From Spirochaetia bacterium (lineage in GTDB: Bacteria > Spirochaetota > Spirochaetia > WTKD01 > G963693115): 64,000 nt of DNA. Location: contig CBDDCA010000005.1 of the NCBI GenBank assembly GCA_965226055.1, positions 32,001-96,000 of the forward strand, in the 5' to 3' direction. Below the pieces are notes generated by a model that saw only the letters and a program-made list of their open reading frames with translations, was not told the DNA's origin and did no database searches. This document shows, piece after piece, positions 8,847-19,504 of the stretch (positions are counted from its first letter, which is position 1; each line of letters begins with the position of its first letter). The position numbers were made by a program, and so were the translations under genes.

Positions 8847-11652
8847 GAAATTTTCCTGTATACGATCTCTTGTCTTTCATAACCATCTCAGGAGATCCAA
8901 ATGTTACTACATTCCCCCCTTCATCTCCCCCTTCTGGACCAAGATCAATAATATGGTCAGCTTGTGAAATAAACTCTAAATTATGTTCAATAATAACTAG
9001 CGTGTTGCCTCTATCAACTAGCTCATGCAACACTGATAATAGATTCAATATATCCTTTTGATGCAATCCTGTAGTAGGCTCATCGAGCAAGTATAATGTA
9101 TTTCCTGTACTCACTTTTGATAGCTCAAGGGCTAGTTTTACGCGTTGTGCTTCCCCTCCTGACAATGTTACTGCAGATTGTCCTATTGAAATATAGCCCA
9201 TCCCTACGCGCTGTAATACTAAAAGCTTTCTAGCAATTACTGGTATCTTTTCAAAAAAAAGTAATGCTTCATCAACTGTCATAGCAAGAACATCATAAAT
9301 ATTCTTTTCTTTATATTTTATTTCAAGTGTTTCACGATTAAAACGAAACCCATTACATTTTTCACAGGTTACATAGACATCGGATAAAAAATGCATCTCT
9401 ATAAGCTGCGTTCCTGCTCCTTGACAGGCTTCGCATCTTCCTCCGCGCACATTAAAAGAAAAGCGTCCTTTAGAGTAGCCTCTTGCTTTTGCTTCAGGAA
9501 GCTGTGAAAATAAATCACGAATATGGTCGAATACCTTTATATAGGTACCGGGATTTGAACGTGAGGTTCTTCCTATAGGAGATTGATTTATATCAATAAT
9601 CTTATCTATGCTATCAATTCCTTTTATGAAATCATAAGCTCCTGTCCTCATTTTTGTTCTGAGCAAATTATTATGCACCGCTGGATACAGAACATCTTGA
9701 ATAAGCGTTGATTTTCCCGATCCACTTACCCCTGTTACTACTGTAAATTTTCCTAAAGGAATATGCACCTGTATATTTTTGAGATTATGCTCTTTAACCC
9801 CTCCTAATACAATTTCTTTTCCATTGCCATCTCTTCTTTTTTCTGGAATAGGAGCATATAACTCACCAGCTAAATACTTTGCAGTAAGAGAGTTTTTCAT
9901 TTTTTGCAACTGTGCTGGAGTACCACTTGCCACAACCTCACCACCAAACTTACCAGCATCAGGCCCAATATCAACGACATAGTCTGCCATCCGTATTGCT
10001 TGTTCATCATGTTCCACCACTAATACAGTATTACCTAGATCACGTAAATGTAACAGCATATTTAAGAGACGCTCATTATCTCTCTGATGTAATCCAATAG
10101 TAGGCTCATCAAGAACATACAACACTCCCACTAACGCAGAACCAATTTGAGAAGCAAGACGTATTCTTTGACTTTCCCCTCCTGAAAGAGAACCTGCATA
10201 CCTATCTAAAGTAAGGTATCCAAGTCCCACTTCACTTAAGAAATGTAATCGTGAGTTTATTTCACGCAAAATTTCCACTGCTATTGTCTTATCTCTTTCA
10301 TTAAGAACAAGAGCATTAAAAAATGCTATGCTTTCTTTTACAGACAAAGAAGTTAATTTATGAATAGGAACATTTTTTATTTTTACATGCAATGCCTCAA
10401 TACGTAATCGGCCTCCTTTACATTCTGAACATACATCTTGATCCATAAATTGTTCAAGAAAACTTTGAAATATCAAGTCACGAGTACTACGATACCGTCT
10501 CTCAAGCTCAGGTATGATACCATTAAACAGCTTATTTCTCTCCACTGTATAATTGCTACTTAACGAGGCATATGTATATTGAAGATGAGAATCAGTACCA
10601 TATAGTAATTCATTGAACGCTGTTTTTCCCCATTCATCAAGAGGAGTATCAATAGTCAAACCATGTTTTTTAGCAAGTGCATCAATAATAGAATCATAGT
10701 AATACCAGTTAGTAAATGGAATGATTGCTCTTTCACTAAAACTAAGCGTTTTATCAGGAATAAGTAAATCTGGAGCAAATTCCATAGTATATCCCAAACC
10801 TAAGCATCTAGGACAAGAACCAATAGGACTATTAAAAGAAAATGATTGAGGCTCAAACTCAGGGACATTTAATTCGCTATTGCTATAATTATACTGTAAC
10901 GCATAATGTTCCTCTTTATGATTGGTACCATCATCAAACACCCCTATTGCTTTTCCTGCAGCAATATCAAGAGCTCGCTCCAATGCTTCAACAATTCGTT
11001 TTTTATTTTTTACTGTTACTACAATACGCCCAGTCACTATGTCTATGGTGTACTTATTATTTTTTTTCAATGCTGGCATATCTTCTATGGCATGAAATTT
11101 GCCATTTAATCGTACACGAGTAAAACCTAGCTTCATTGCATCGTCTAATAATTTTTTATGTGTTCCTTTTTTGTTAATTACTACTGGCGCTAATATGGTC
11201 AATTTTGTATTTTCAGGATGATTCATGACAACATCACAAATTTCATCTATGGTAAATTTTTTAAGCATTTTTCCTGTATAGGGATCATATGGAACACCTA
11301 TACGGGCATACAATAAACGATAATAATCATAGATTTCAGTAATAGTCCCTACCGTTGAACGAGGGTTTTTTCCTATTGTTTTCTGCTCTATAGCAATAGC
11401 AGGAGACAGCCCTTCTATACTCTCCACATGTGGCTTATCAAGGTTATCTAAAAATTGACGAGCATAGCTTGATAGCGATTCAATATACCTCCGTTGTCCT
11501 TCAGCATAAATAGTATTAAATGCAAGAGTAGATTTTCCCGAACCGCTTACCCCAGTAATAACCACATATTTATCTCTTGGAATTGAAAGAGAAATTTTTT
11601 TCAAATTATGTTCATACGCCCCAACAATTTTTATAACATTACTCATATACAC
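8809..11652 (-). CDS. uvrA: Excinuclease ABC subunit A
   Basis: Two GVSGSGKS Walker A motifs, EGQRRYIESLS, LSGGESQRIRLASQIG, Zn-finger cysteines. Confidence 0.98.
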   Translation of the reverse strand: MYMSNVIKIVGAYEHNLKKISLSIPRDKYVVITGVSGSGKSTLAFNTIYAEGQRRYIESLSSYARQFLDNLDKPHVESIEGLSPAIAIEQKTIGKNPRSTVGTITEIYDYYRLLYARIGVPYDPYTGKMLKKFTIDEICDVVMNHPENTKLTILAPVVINKKGTHKKLLDDAMKLGFTRVRLNGKFHAIEDMPALKKNNKYTIDIVTGRIVVTVKNKKRIVEALERALDIAAGKAIGVFDDGTNHKEEHYALQYNYSNSELNVPEFEPQSFSFNSPIGSCPRCLGLGYTMEFAPDLLIPDKTLSFSERAIIPFTNWYYYDSIIDALAKKHGLTIDTPLDEWGKTAFNELLYGTDSHLQYTYASLSSNYTVERNKLFNGIIPELERRYRSTRDLIFQSFLEQFMDQDVCSECKGGRLRIEALHVKIKNVPIHKLTSLSVKESIAFFNALVLNERDKTIAVEILREINSRLHFLSEVGLGYLTLDRYAGSLSGGESQRIRLASQIGSALVGVLYVLDEPTIGLHQRDNERLLNMLLHLRDLGNTVLVVEHDEQAIRMADYVVDIGPDAGKFGGEVVASGTPAQLQKMKNSLTAKYLAGELYAPIPEKRRDGNGKEIVLGGVKEHNLKNIQVHIPLGKFTVVTGVSGSGKSTLIQDVLYPAVHNNLLRTKMRTGAYDFIKGIDSIDKIIDINQSPIGRTSRSNPGTYIKVFDHIRDLFSQLPEAKARGYSKGRFSFNVRGGRCEACQGAGTQLIEMHFLSDVYVTCEKCNGFRFNRETLEIKYKEKNIYDVLAMTVDEALLFFEKIPVIARKLLVLQRVGMGYISIGQSAVTLSGGEAQRVKLALELSKVSTGNTLYLLDEPTTGLHQKDILNLLSVLHELVDRGNTLVIIEHNLEFISQADHIIDLGPEGGDEGGNVVTFGSPEMVMKDKRSYTGKFLKEYLDFRNVKH

Positions 11653-11818
11653 AATACCTCTATTATTCTCTATCCATTATTGTACTACAGTGCATATCAT
11701 TATACAATAGAGGTACAGATGGGCATACTGATTCAAGAACTCATTGCAATACTACTATTTTACGAAATACACTATAAAAAACATAGAGATTTCTAAATAG
11801 TGTATAATAAAGATATTC

Positions 11819-13933
11819 ATGGAAACAATGGCATCTACTTCCTTTCAACATCATGCAGTGCTGCTTATACTTCAATTAGCATTTATTTTTGTTGCTACAT
11901 GGGGAGCATATGTTATCAGCAATAAAATCAAAGTTCCAGATGTCATACTATTTTTGACATTAGGGGTACTGTTTGGTCCTTTTTTACTTGGTTCTATTCC
12001 AGTATTTCAAATACTACCACATGGATTGTTTCCATTACAAAAAGGAGATATACCAGTATCTCAAGAATTATTCTCTTTGGCTACTATTGCATCAATTATT
12101 TTATTGTTTAGCTCAGGATTACAATCAGACATTGAATTATTTAAGAAATACTTACTAAAAGGAACAGTGGTAGGAATGAGTGCTATTATTTTCTCTTTTG
12201 CAGGAGGATACCTTATAAGTATGTTTTTTCTCCCTCATTTACCGTATATCCACCCTGTTCATCTATTTCTAGCTACCATATCAACGGCAACTTCTGTAGG
12301 TATTTCAAGTACCATACTCTCAAAAAATAAGATGATAAGTAGCCCTGAAGGAGTAACAATACTTTCCGCTGCGGTGATTGATGATGTCATAGGGGTAATC
12401 TTATTATCAATAGTGCTTAGTTTCTCAGCACTTCTGAGCGGAAACAGCATGGCTTCTGGAGAACTCATACAGACAATAATAGGTATATCAATAAAAGCAA
12501 TCTTTATATGGCTATTCTTTATGTTTTTAGGCATTCTCTTTTCCAGAAAAATTGGCTGGTTATTAAAAAAATTGCATGAACCCACGACTATAGCAATGAT
12601 TGCTTTGGCACTCAGCTTTATTCTCGGGTTTGTGTTTGAATACTTTAAGCTCTCAGTCATCGTAGGGGCATACATAGTAGGGCTTACTCTATCAAACACA
12701 GATATATCGTATCTTATACAAGAACGTGTATATCCTATATTCAAATTTTTTGTTCCTATTTTCTTTTTTGTAAGCGGTATGTATATCAATATCAATGTTA
12801 TATTCAATCTTGATGTTCTTATATTTGGAGTATGCTTTTCGCTCGTTGGTATTGTTACAAAATTTTTAGGAGCAGGTATTCCTGCACATTTTCTCGGATT
12901 TAATACACTAGGTGCATCAAGAATTGGTGCAGGTATGCTTCCAAGAGGAGAAGTATCACTGATTATCGCTAGTCTCGGACGAGCGTCAGGAGTACTTAAC
13001 GATACTCTCTTTGGAACAGTGCTAATTATGATATTTATTAGCTCTGTTATAGCCCCCATACTCCTTGATAAAATTTTAAGAATACCAAAAAAAGGAACAA
13101 GTGAAAAAATACAAGAAACAATGATAAATACTCATTTCTCATTTGAACGCGTAAAACTTGCAAAGTTTATACTCTCAGAGCTTATACAAATTTTTCAAGA
13201 TGATGGATTTTTTATTAACTCAACAAGAAGAAAAAAAAATACAATCATACATATCCGAAAGAATGCCACATTTATTACTCTTCATTATAAAAATAGCGAT
13301 ACCTTGACTTTTACATCTGAGCAACAGGATATAAAGATTATTAGGACTGCAGTAAATGAGTGTGTATCAAGTATAGCAGAAACAACTAAATTTATACAAA
13401 CAACACTTCATTCGCACCTTTCACAAATGATGAAAGATAACACAACAACACCGAACAATGAACAAATTATGCCCCAAGAAGATAGCATACAACTAAAACA
13501 ATTTCTCTCATCTTCTCGTATCGCTCTTAATCTACAATCAAATACAAAAAAAGATATTATAGCCGAACTTGTATCATATCTTGAAACAGATACAAACCAT
13601 ACACAACATGATATACAACAATTTTTAGAAGATGTGTATGAGAGAGAAGATGCAATATCAACTGGCTTGGAACATGGGGTTGCTATTCCTCATGCACGTT
13701 CCGATGCTATTGATACTTTGAAAATAGTTATTGGAATAAAAAAAGAAGGCATTGACTTCAAAGCATTTGACGGTAACCCTTGTTCTATTTTTGTACTCAT
13801 CGCTTCTCCACTTGAAGGGCCTCACTTAGAAGTTCTTACTAAAATAACCATACTTCTTAACAATAGTGATTTTAGACAACAAGTGTTACAAGCAACAAGC
13901 AAGCAAAAAGTGTTGACTTTATTTTCACAATAA
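11819..13933 (+). CDS. CPA2 cation:proton antiporter fused to a C-terminal PTS EIIA domain
   Basis: ATSVGIS, AAVIDDV and GMLPRGEV antiporter motifs; C-terminal ERE...STGLEHGVAIPH EIIA motif. Confidence 0.9.
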   Translation: METMASTSFQHHAVLLILQLAFIFVATWGAYVISNKIKVPDVILFLTLGVLFGPFLLGSIPVFQILPHGLFPLQKGDIPVSQELFSLATIASIILLFSSGLQSDIELFKKYLLKGTVVGMSAIIFSFAGGYLISMFFLPHLPYIHPVHLFLATISTATSVGISSTILSKNKMISSPEGVTILSAAVIDDVIGVILLSIVLSFSALLSGNSMASGELIQTIIGISIKAIFIWLFFMFLGILFSRKIGWLLKKLHEPTTIAMIALALSFILGFVFEYFKLSVIVGAYIVGLTLSNTDISYLIQERVYPIFKFFVPIFFFVSGMYININVIFNLDVLIFGVCFSLVGIVTKFLGAGIPAHFLGFNTLGASRIGAGMLPRGEVSLIIASLGRASGVLNDTLFGTVLIMIFISSVIAPILLDKILRIPKKGTSEKIQETMINTHFSFERVKLAKFILSELIQIFQDDGFFINSTRRKKNTIIHIRKNATFITLHYKNSDTLTFTSEQQDIKIIRTAVNECVSSIAETTKFIQTTLHSHLSQMMKDNTTTPNNEQIMPQEDSIQLKQFLSSSRIALNLQSNTKKDIIAELVSYLETDTNHTQHDIQQFLEDVYEREDAISTGLEHGVAIPHARSDAIDTLKIVIGIKKEGIDFKAFDGNPCSIFVLIASPLEGPHLEVLTKITILLNNSDFRQQVLQATSKQKVLTLFSQ

Positions 13934-13950
13934 CCAATAGTATACATTAC

Positions 13951-14823
13951 ATGAAATATATACGTTTTATTTTTTTGTTCTTATGTCCCTATGTATTTTC
14001 ATATCCTAGCATTCAATCTCTCAATGATAGTGATATTATCTTTATACAACTCACACAGCATATACATAATACATCAGAACATCTCTATCTTTTTGAATAT
14101 ACCTTAAAAGAAAATGAAACATTAGAAACACTTGCTGACACTGTTGGGGTGAGCTTTGAAAGTATTGTCAGTCTCAATCGTCTTCCTGCTCCCTTGCATG
14201 CTTTGACAGACAATAACACACAATACAGCGTTCTTATTCCAAGTAAATCAGGCATTTTTATTTCAAATACACGAAAATTTGATTTTGAAACCATGCTCTA
14301 TACACTCTATGAATCAGAAATAAAACATACCCCTCCCCTCGTTGTCAAGGCTTCATTTCAATCCTCTAATACTTACTTTTATTTTTTAGAACATCAAACA
14401 TGGAATGACGATATACAAAAACGATGGGAGATTATAGATTACCGTTTCCCTGTCCTTAACGGAGTTATTTCTTCCTATTTTGGATCAAGAACAAGCCCTA
14501 TAAGTGGAAGTACAGTATTTCATAAAGGGATAGATATATCTTCTCAAGAAGGGGAGTGGATATTTTCTTCTCGTAATGGGGTTATAAAACATACAGGATA
14601 TAGTAAGATATTTGGCTATTTTATTGAAATTGAACACCAAGATGGTAGTCGTACACTATATGGTCACATACTTGATTCTATACATACTATTGGAGATACA
14701 GTGCTTATTGGAGAACACATTGCATACATGGGCAGTACAGGAATGTCCACAGGAGTACATACTCATTTTGAGTTATCTATTGACAATGTTCCTGTAAATC
14801 CTCTATCATATCTTATACGATAA
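13951..14823 (+). CDS. LysM / M23 family peptidoglycan endopeptidase
   Basis: LysM-like YTLKENETLETLA...IVSLN; M23 motifs HKGID, YGH and STGVHTHFE. Confidence 0.9.
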   Translation: MKYIRFIFLFLCPYVFSYPSIQSLNDSDIIFIQLTQHIHNTSEHLYLFEYTLKENETLETLADTVGVSFESIVSLNRLPAPLHALTDNNTQYSVLIPSKSGIFISNTRKFDFETMLYTLYESEIKHTPPLVVKASFQSSNTYFYFLEHQTWNDDIQKRWEIIDYRFPVLNGVISSYFGSRTSPISGSTVFHKGIDISSQEGEWIFSSRNGVIKHTGYSKIFGYFIEIEHQDGSRTLYGHILDSIHTIGDTVLIGEHIAYMGSTGMSTGVHTHFELSIDNVPVNPLSYLIR

Positions 14824-14888
14824 GTATATATTATAAAATATCTATATTTTAAGGTAAAGTTTTTAGATTATAGAACGATAATAAAAAT

Positions 14889-14972
14889 GAAAGTTAGCAC
14901 CTTGTCATAGGTCCCCTCCCAGTTCCCTATTAGGTGTTGACTCTTGGCCGGTTCACACGAACCGGTCTTTTT
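14889..14972 (+). ncRNA. Candidate small RNA: long hairpin with a C-rich loop followed by an intrinsic terminator
   Basis: GC-rich island in an AT-rich spacer. AGTTAGCACCT (14892-14902) pairs with AGGTGTTGACT (14932-14942); inner ATAGG/CCTAT closes loop TCCCCTCCCAGTTC; terminator follows. Confidence 0.45.
14946..14972 (+). terminator. Rho-independent terminator
   Basis: GGCCGGTTC-ACAC-GAACCGGTC followed by TTTTT. Confidence 0.8.
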
Positions 14973-15138
14973 ATATTTGTTAAAAAACATATTTATACAA
15001 TCTATGATATAATTAAAAAAATGACTACTTAAACACGCAATATATTTTATAAGTATACAAAAATATACCTAATATTATGCATGTTTACTTATTTACTTAT
15101 AGATACTATAAGTATTACAGATTAATAAGGAGGATATT

Positions 15139-15744
15139 ATGTCACACCCAACAACATCAAAAGAAGAAATGCTTAGCAGAATTGTACGCTTTTCTGATTA
15201 TACAAAAGAAAATGCAGTACCGCTTATGTTTATTGATAGCTTACTTCCCGGTCACCATCGCTTAAATTATGCAGTAATTGGTGATACAGCAAGTGAAAAT
15301 CCTGATTTTAAGCCGATACTTTCTCAAGAACATGGCTTTCAAATTGGAATGTTTAAGGCAATGCCTGATGGAAATGGTCCTGCATACCATACTCATGATT
15401 ATATAGAAATCTTTCTTCCTCTTGAGGGAAAATGGCGATTTTGGTTTGGAAACGACCCAGAAAATGACTCTGAAAACTTTGTAGAGCTTGGACAGTGGGA
15501 CTTAATTTCCTTTCCTCCTGGACTATGGCGTCGCTTTGAAAATATAGATACTAAACCTGCATGGTGCTTTGCAGTACTAGAAAAACACAATGTATTTACA
15601 GGAAAAGACCCTTATTGGTCTCCTACTGTCATACGTAGATCTCAAGAGATGGGATTTGAATCAGATGAAAACGGAAAAATGAAAAAGCCTCCCAACTTTG
15701 AACAAATAAATGCTGAAATGTTAGAAAAAATGTATAATGCATAA
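15139..15744 (+). CDS. Cupin domain protein (putative metalloenzyme)
   Basis: Cupin motifs GPAYHTHDYIEIFLPLEG and GQWDLISFPPGLWRRFEN; AAGGAGG Shine-Dalgarno. Confidence 0.85.
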   Translation: MSHPTTSKEEMLSRIVRFSDYTKENAVPLMFIDSLLPGHHRLNYAVIGDTASENPDFKPILSQEHGFQIGMFKAMPDGNGPAYHTHDYIEIFLPLEGKWRFWFGNDPENDSENFVELGQWDLISFPPGLWRRFENIDTKPAWCFAVLEKHNVFTGKDPYWSPTVIRRSQEMGFESDENGKMKKPPNFEQINAEMLEKMYNA

Positions 15745-15813
15745 TCATAATACAAAATATACTTTCACTAATACTATAATAAACAATTAGATAACAAATA
15801 ATGAGGAGGTTTT

Positions 15814-16833
15814 ATGAAACATTTAGTTATCTCTGTACTGTGTATCTTTTTAATACCTATCTTTGCTTTTGCAAGTGGTAATGAGGATACATCAAATAAC
15901 GAAAAAGTACTACGTGTAGGACACGATAGTCAAGAGAACTCTGCACTTCACCAGGCATTTCTATTTTTTAAAGAAAAAGTAGAAAGTAACCCTGAGTTAA
16001 ATATAGCAGTTGAAATATATCCTGCTGCTCAGCTAGGAGGAGCAAAAGAACTGTTTGATACAGTGCAGCAAGGAAATTTGGAGACAACTGCATCAGCAAC
16101 AGTACTTCTGTCCAGCTCTATTCCTGAATTCAATGTATTAGATGTATTCTATCTGTTTGATTCTATTGAGCATGCCCATGCATCTCTTGATGGACCTGCA
16201 GGACAGCGATTATTACAAGTACTTGAGCCTTTAGGATTACATGGCTTTGGGTATATGGAAGTCGGTATGCGTAACATGTCTAATTCAAGAAACCCTATAC
16301 GTTCAGTTGAGGATCTTAAAGGACTAAAAATTCGTGCAGCTTCTAACCCACTACAAATTGCTGCGTGGAAATCAGCAGGTGCTGCTCCTATTCCTATGGC
16401 ATTTGGAGAAATCTTTACTTCTTTACAACAAGGATTATTAGACGGACAAGAAAGTGCCATAAGCTCTATGTACACTCAACGTTTCTTTGAAGCACAAAAA
16501 TATATAAGTATGACAGAACATATTTACACTAACTATCTATGGGTTATAAACAAAACTTTTTGGGATTCATTGAACGAACAAGAACAAGCAGCTTTAGATG
16601 CTATAGCAAAAGAAACAATACAAGAACAAAGAAACATTGCAGCACAGTTTAATAATTCATATCTCGAAAAATTAAAATCTGAAGGTGGCATGGTAGTTAA
16701 TCAAGTGGATAGTAGTGTGAAAGCACAGCTTTCTGAAAAACTAAATGCTCCGACACAAGAAGAAATAGAAAAACTGACTGGATCAGAGCTGTATAACTTT
16801 GTTATTACAGAAATAGATAATGCTCGCTATTAG
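15814..16833 (+). CDS. dctP: TRAP transporter substrate-binding protein
   Basis: IYPAAQLG, DLKGLKIR and EIFTSLQQGLLDGQE motifs; spirochete-style FASGNED N-terminus. Confidence 0.93.
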   Translation: MKHLVISVLCIFLIPIFAFASGNEDTSNNEKVLRVGHDSQENSALHQAFLFFKEKVESNPELNIAVEIYPAAQLGGAKELFDTVQQGNLETTASATVLLSSSIPEFNVLDVFYLFDSIEHAHASLDGPAGQRLLQVLEPLGLHGFGYMEVGMRNMSNSRNPIRSVEDLKGLKIRAASNPLQIAAWKSAGAAPIPMAFGEIFTSLQQGLLDGQESAISSMYTQRFFEAQKYISMTEHIYTNYLWVINKTFWDSLNEQEQAALDAIAKETIQEQRNIAAQFNNSYLEKLKSEGGMVVNQVDSSVKAQLSEKLNAPTQEEIEKLTGSELYNFVITEIDNARY

Positions 16834-16862
16834 TTTCTCATGAAGAATTGGAGAAAGATATA

Positions 16863-17408
16863 ATGAAACAATACTTCAAAGCAATGCTAAAATGGCTTGA
16901 TCTCAACTTAGAGATTATTATGTTAGTATCTTTCTCCATTACAATGACTGTTATAGTGTTTGCTCAAGTAGTAATGCGCTATGTATTTAATTCTGCTTTT
17001 TCTTGGGCAGAAGAAATATCACGCTACCTATTTATTTGGATAATCTATCTTGGCATCAGTTATTCCTGTCGTACCCGAAGACATGTACGCGTTATGTTCC
17101 TTGTTAATCGCCTTCCTAATACTGTTAAGCGCTTAGTTATTATTCTAGGAGATTTTATTTTTCTATCGTATTGCATAATTATCATACTATACGGTGTACG
17201 ACTTAATATCATCACTTATCAACTAAAACAATATACTGCTGCTATCCATCTCTCATATGTCTTTGTGTATAGTTCCATTGTGTTTGGATCTTTATTAAGC
17301 TCAATACGAATTATTCAAAATATAGTACATAAAATACAGCATTGGTCTGCCCCTATGAAACAGTTTGAACATTTAGAAGATAGCAACTATCTTTTTAAGA
17401 ATCAATAA
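16863..17408 (+). CDS. dctQ: TRAP transporter small permease
   Basis: QVVMRYVFN...WAEEISRYLFIW...HVR; ATG 16863 follows GGAG. Confidence 0.9.
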   Translation: MKQYFKAMLKWLDLNLEIIMLVSFSITMTVIVFAQVVMRYVFNSAFSWAEEISRYLFIWIIYLGISYSCRTRRHVRVMFLVNRLPNTVKRLVIILGDFIFLSYCIIIILYGVRLNIITYQLKQYTAAIHLSYVFVYSSIVFGSLLSSIRIIQNIVHKIQHWSAPMKQFEHLEDSNYLFKNQ

Positions 17409-17420
17409 AAGTATGCAACT

Positions 17421-18737
17421 ATGATTGGGTTTATACTCTTTTCTGCTTTTTTCGTTCTCATACTTCTTGGTGTACCTATTGGTATATCATTAGGGTTTTC
17501 TACTGTTATTGCTATACTGTTTATGCCTGGCCTTAATCTTGATTTTTTTGTTCGTGGACTTATATCAGGACTTGACTCGTTTCCTCTTATAGCAGTATTG
17601 TTTTTTACCATTGCGGGCAATATTATGGGACGAGGAGGCATTTCTGCACGATTACTACGATTAGCAAATATTTTCTTTGGACATATACGGGGATCACTGG
17701 GGATAGTTACTATAGTAGCTTGTATGATGTTTGCTGCTATATCAGGGACAGGTTCAGCAACAGTTGCTGCTATTGGCTCTATTATGATTCCTGCAATGAT
17801 AAAGCAGGGGTATAATAAAAATTTTGCTGGATCCTTAGTTGCTAGTGCTGGTACCATAGGTGCTATTATCCCTCCTAGCGTTTCTATGATTGTATATGCA
17901 GTAGCATCTGGGGTATCTGTTACCTCCATGTTTCTTGCAGGTATTGGTCCAGGAATACTCATTGGAGTATTTTTAATTATCTTTTGCTATATATATTCTT
18001 GTAAACACTCTTATCAAAAAGACAGTCACCTTGTACAGACAGAGCATGACACAGGAACACAGATTCAAGAAACAACAATACGCAAAGATGAAACTATTTT
18101 ACATAGTGTATGGGCCGTATCAGTTCCTGTAATGATATTAGGAGGAATTTACGGTGGAGTATTTACTCCTACCGAAGCAGCTGGAGTAGCGGTAGTATAC
18201 GGTACTGTTATTAGTATATATATCTACAAAGAGCTTAAATGGTCTGATCTTCCTGCTATATTTTTGGAATCTACACTATTAGTATCGTGTGTATTGGTTA
18301 TTTTAGGAGCATCGGTTGGGTTTGGGCGAGTGCTTACTTTAGAACGAGTACCTGTATCTATTGCAAACTTTATTACAAGCATAACTGATAATAAAATTGT
18401 AATATTGTTACTCATAAATATACTCCTACTTATAATAGGAACATTTATGGAAACATTAGCTGCTATTGTTATCCTTACCCCTATTTTACTCCCCATTGTA
18501 CAAAAGATAGGTGTAGATCCTACCCATTTTGGTATCATCATGATAGTAAATTTATGTATAGGATTTATTACCCCTCCTCTGGGAGCTAATTTATTTATGA
18601 CTGCCCAAGTAGGAAAATTACAATTTGATGAGTTAGCAAAAAGTATTCTCATATGGGTACTTATCATGATTGCTGCACTCATGTTTATAACATATATTCC
18701 AAGCATAAGCTTAGGATTAGAAACATTATTACCATAA
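17421..18737 (+). CDS. dctM: TRAP transporter large permease
   Basis: FAAISGTG, IIPPS, GGIYGGVFTPTEA and ITPPLG motifs. Confidence 0.95.
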   Translation: MIGFILFSAFFVLILLGVPIGISLGFSTVIAILFMPGLNLDFFVRGLISGLDSFPLIAVLFFTIAGNIMGRGGISARLLRLANIFFGHIRGSLGIVTIVACMMFAAISGTGSATVAAIGSIMIPAMIKQGYNKNFAGSLVASAGTIGAIIPPSVSMIVYAVASGVSVTSMFLAGIGPGILIGVFLIIFCYIYSCKHSYQKDSHLVQTEHDTGTQIQETTIRKDETILHSVWAVSVPVMILGGIYGGVFTPTEAAGVAVVYGTVISIYIYKELKWSDLPAIFLESTLLVSCVLVILGASVGFGRVLTLERVPVSIANFITSITDNKIVILLLINILLLIIGTFMETLAAIVILTPILLPIVQKIGVDPTHFGIIMIVNLCIGFITPPLGANLFMTAQVGKLQFDELAKSILIWVLIMIAALMFITYIPSISLGLETLLP

Positions 18738-18751
18738 AAAAGGAGATTTAT

Positions 18752-19504
18752 ATGCTAGTAAAACAAAAATTACAGCAGGGAAAACAAGTTTGTATCGCAT
18801 GGAACCAAAGTGGTTCCAATTATATATCTGAAATTTTTGCACGTGCAGGATTTGATGGTATTATTATCGATTTAGAGCATGGACCTTTTAGTTTAGAAAC
18901 TACAGCTCAACATTGCCAAGCTATTCAATGTAGTAACGCAACCCCTATGGCTCGTGTAGTTGATAGACATACAAGTACCATTAAAAGAGTACTTGACACT
19001 GGTATTTATGGATTGCTCATACCACACATATCAAGTGTAACAAAAGCGCAACAAGCCATAGCTGCCACAAAGTATCCCCCCGAAGGTGTTCGTGGAGTAG
19101 CAGGAAGCGGTCGTGCTGCTGGTTTTACGCACGATGCAATTCAATACTTTAAGCGAGCAAATAGAGACATTTTTGTTGCGTTAGCAGTCGAGACAATAGA
19201 AGGATACCATGCCTTAGATGATATCTTAGAGCTTGATGGCTACGATGCTATTTTTATTGGACCTGCAGATCTCGCTTCTTCTATGGGGTATTTAGGCGAT
19301 CCATCAGTACAAGAAGTACAAGATGTTATAACAAGCATAGAAAATAAAGTATTTGCTTCAAAAAAGTATCTTGGTACAGTAGCAAATAATGATGAGCAAA
19401 TTACACAAAAATTCAATAGAGGCTATAATTTTCTTATGCTTATGTCTGATGTTGGATGCATATCAAAAGAAGCATATCGCATTGTAAAAACATATGCCTC
19501 CTAA
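18752..19504 (+). CDS. HpcH/HpaI (GarL/RhmA-like) class II aldolase
   Basis: IDLEHG, VLDTG, KYPPEGVRG, VET and FIGPADL motifs; ATG 18752 follows AAGGAG. Confidence 0.9.
   Translation: MLVKQKLQQGKQVCIAWNQSGSNYISEIFARAGFDGIIIDLEHGPFSLETTAQHCQAIQCSNATPMARVVDRHTSTIKRVLDTGIYGLLIPHISSVTKAQQAIAATKYPPEGVRGVAGSGRAAGFTHDAIQYFKRANRDIFVALAVETIEGYHALDDILELDGYDAIFIGPADLASSMGYLGDPSVQEVQDVITSIENKVFASKKYLGTVANNDEQITQKFNRGYNFLMLMSDVGCISKEAYRIVKTYAS

Noticed and set aside
12259-13059. 266-aa minus-strand ORF
   Set aside because: Antisense shadow of the antiporter's hydrophobic coding region; no motifs. The same applies to 17402-17962 and 18224-18706 opposite dctM
14894-14920. CIRCE-like TTAGCAC
   Set aside because: The second half-site GAGTGCTAA is not present at 9-nt spacing and no chaperone gene follows
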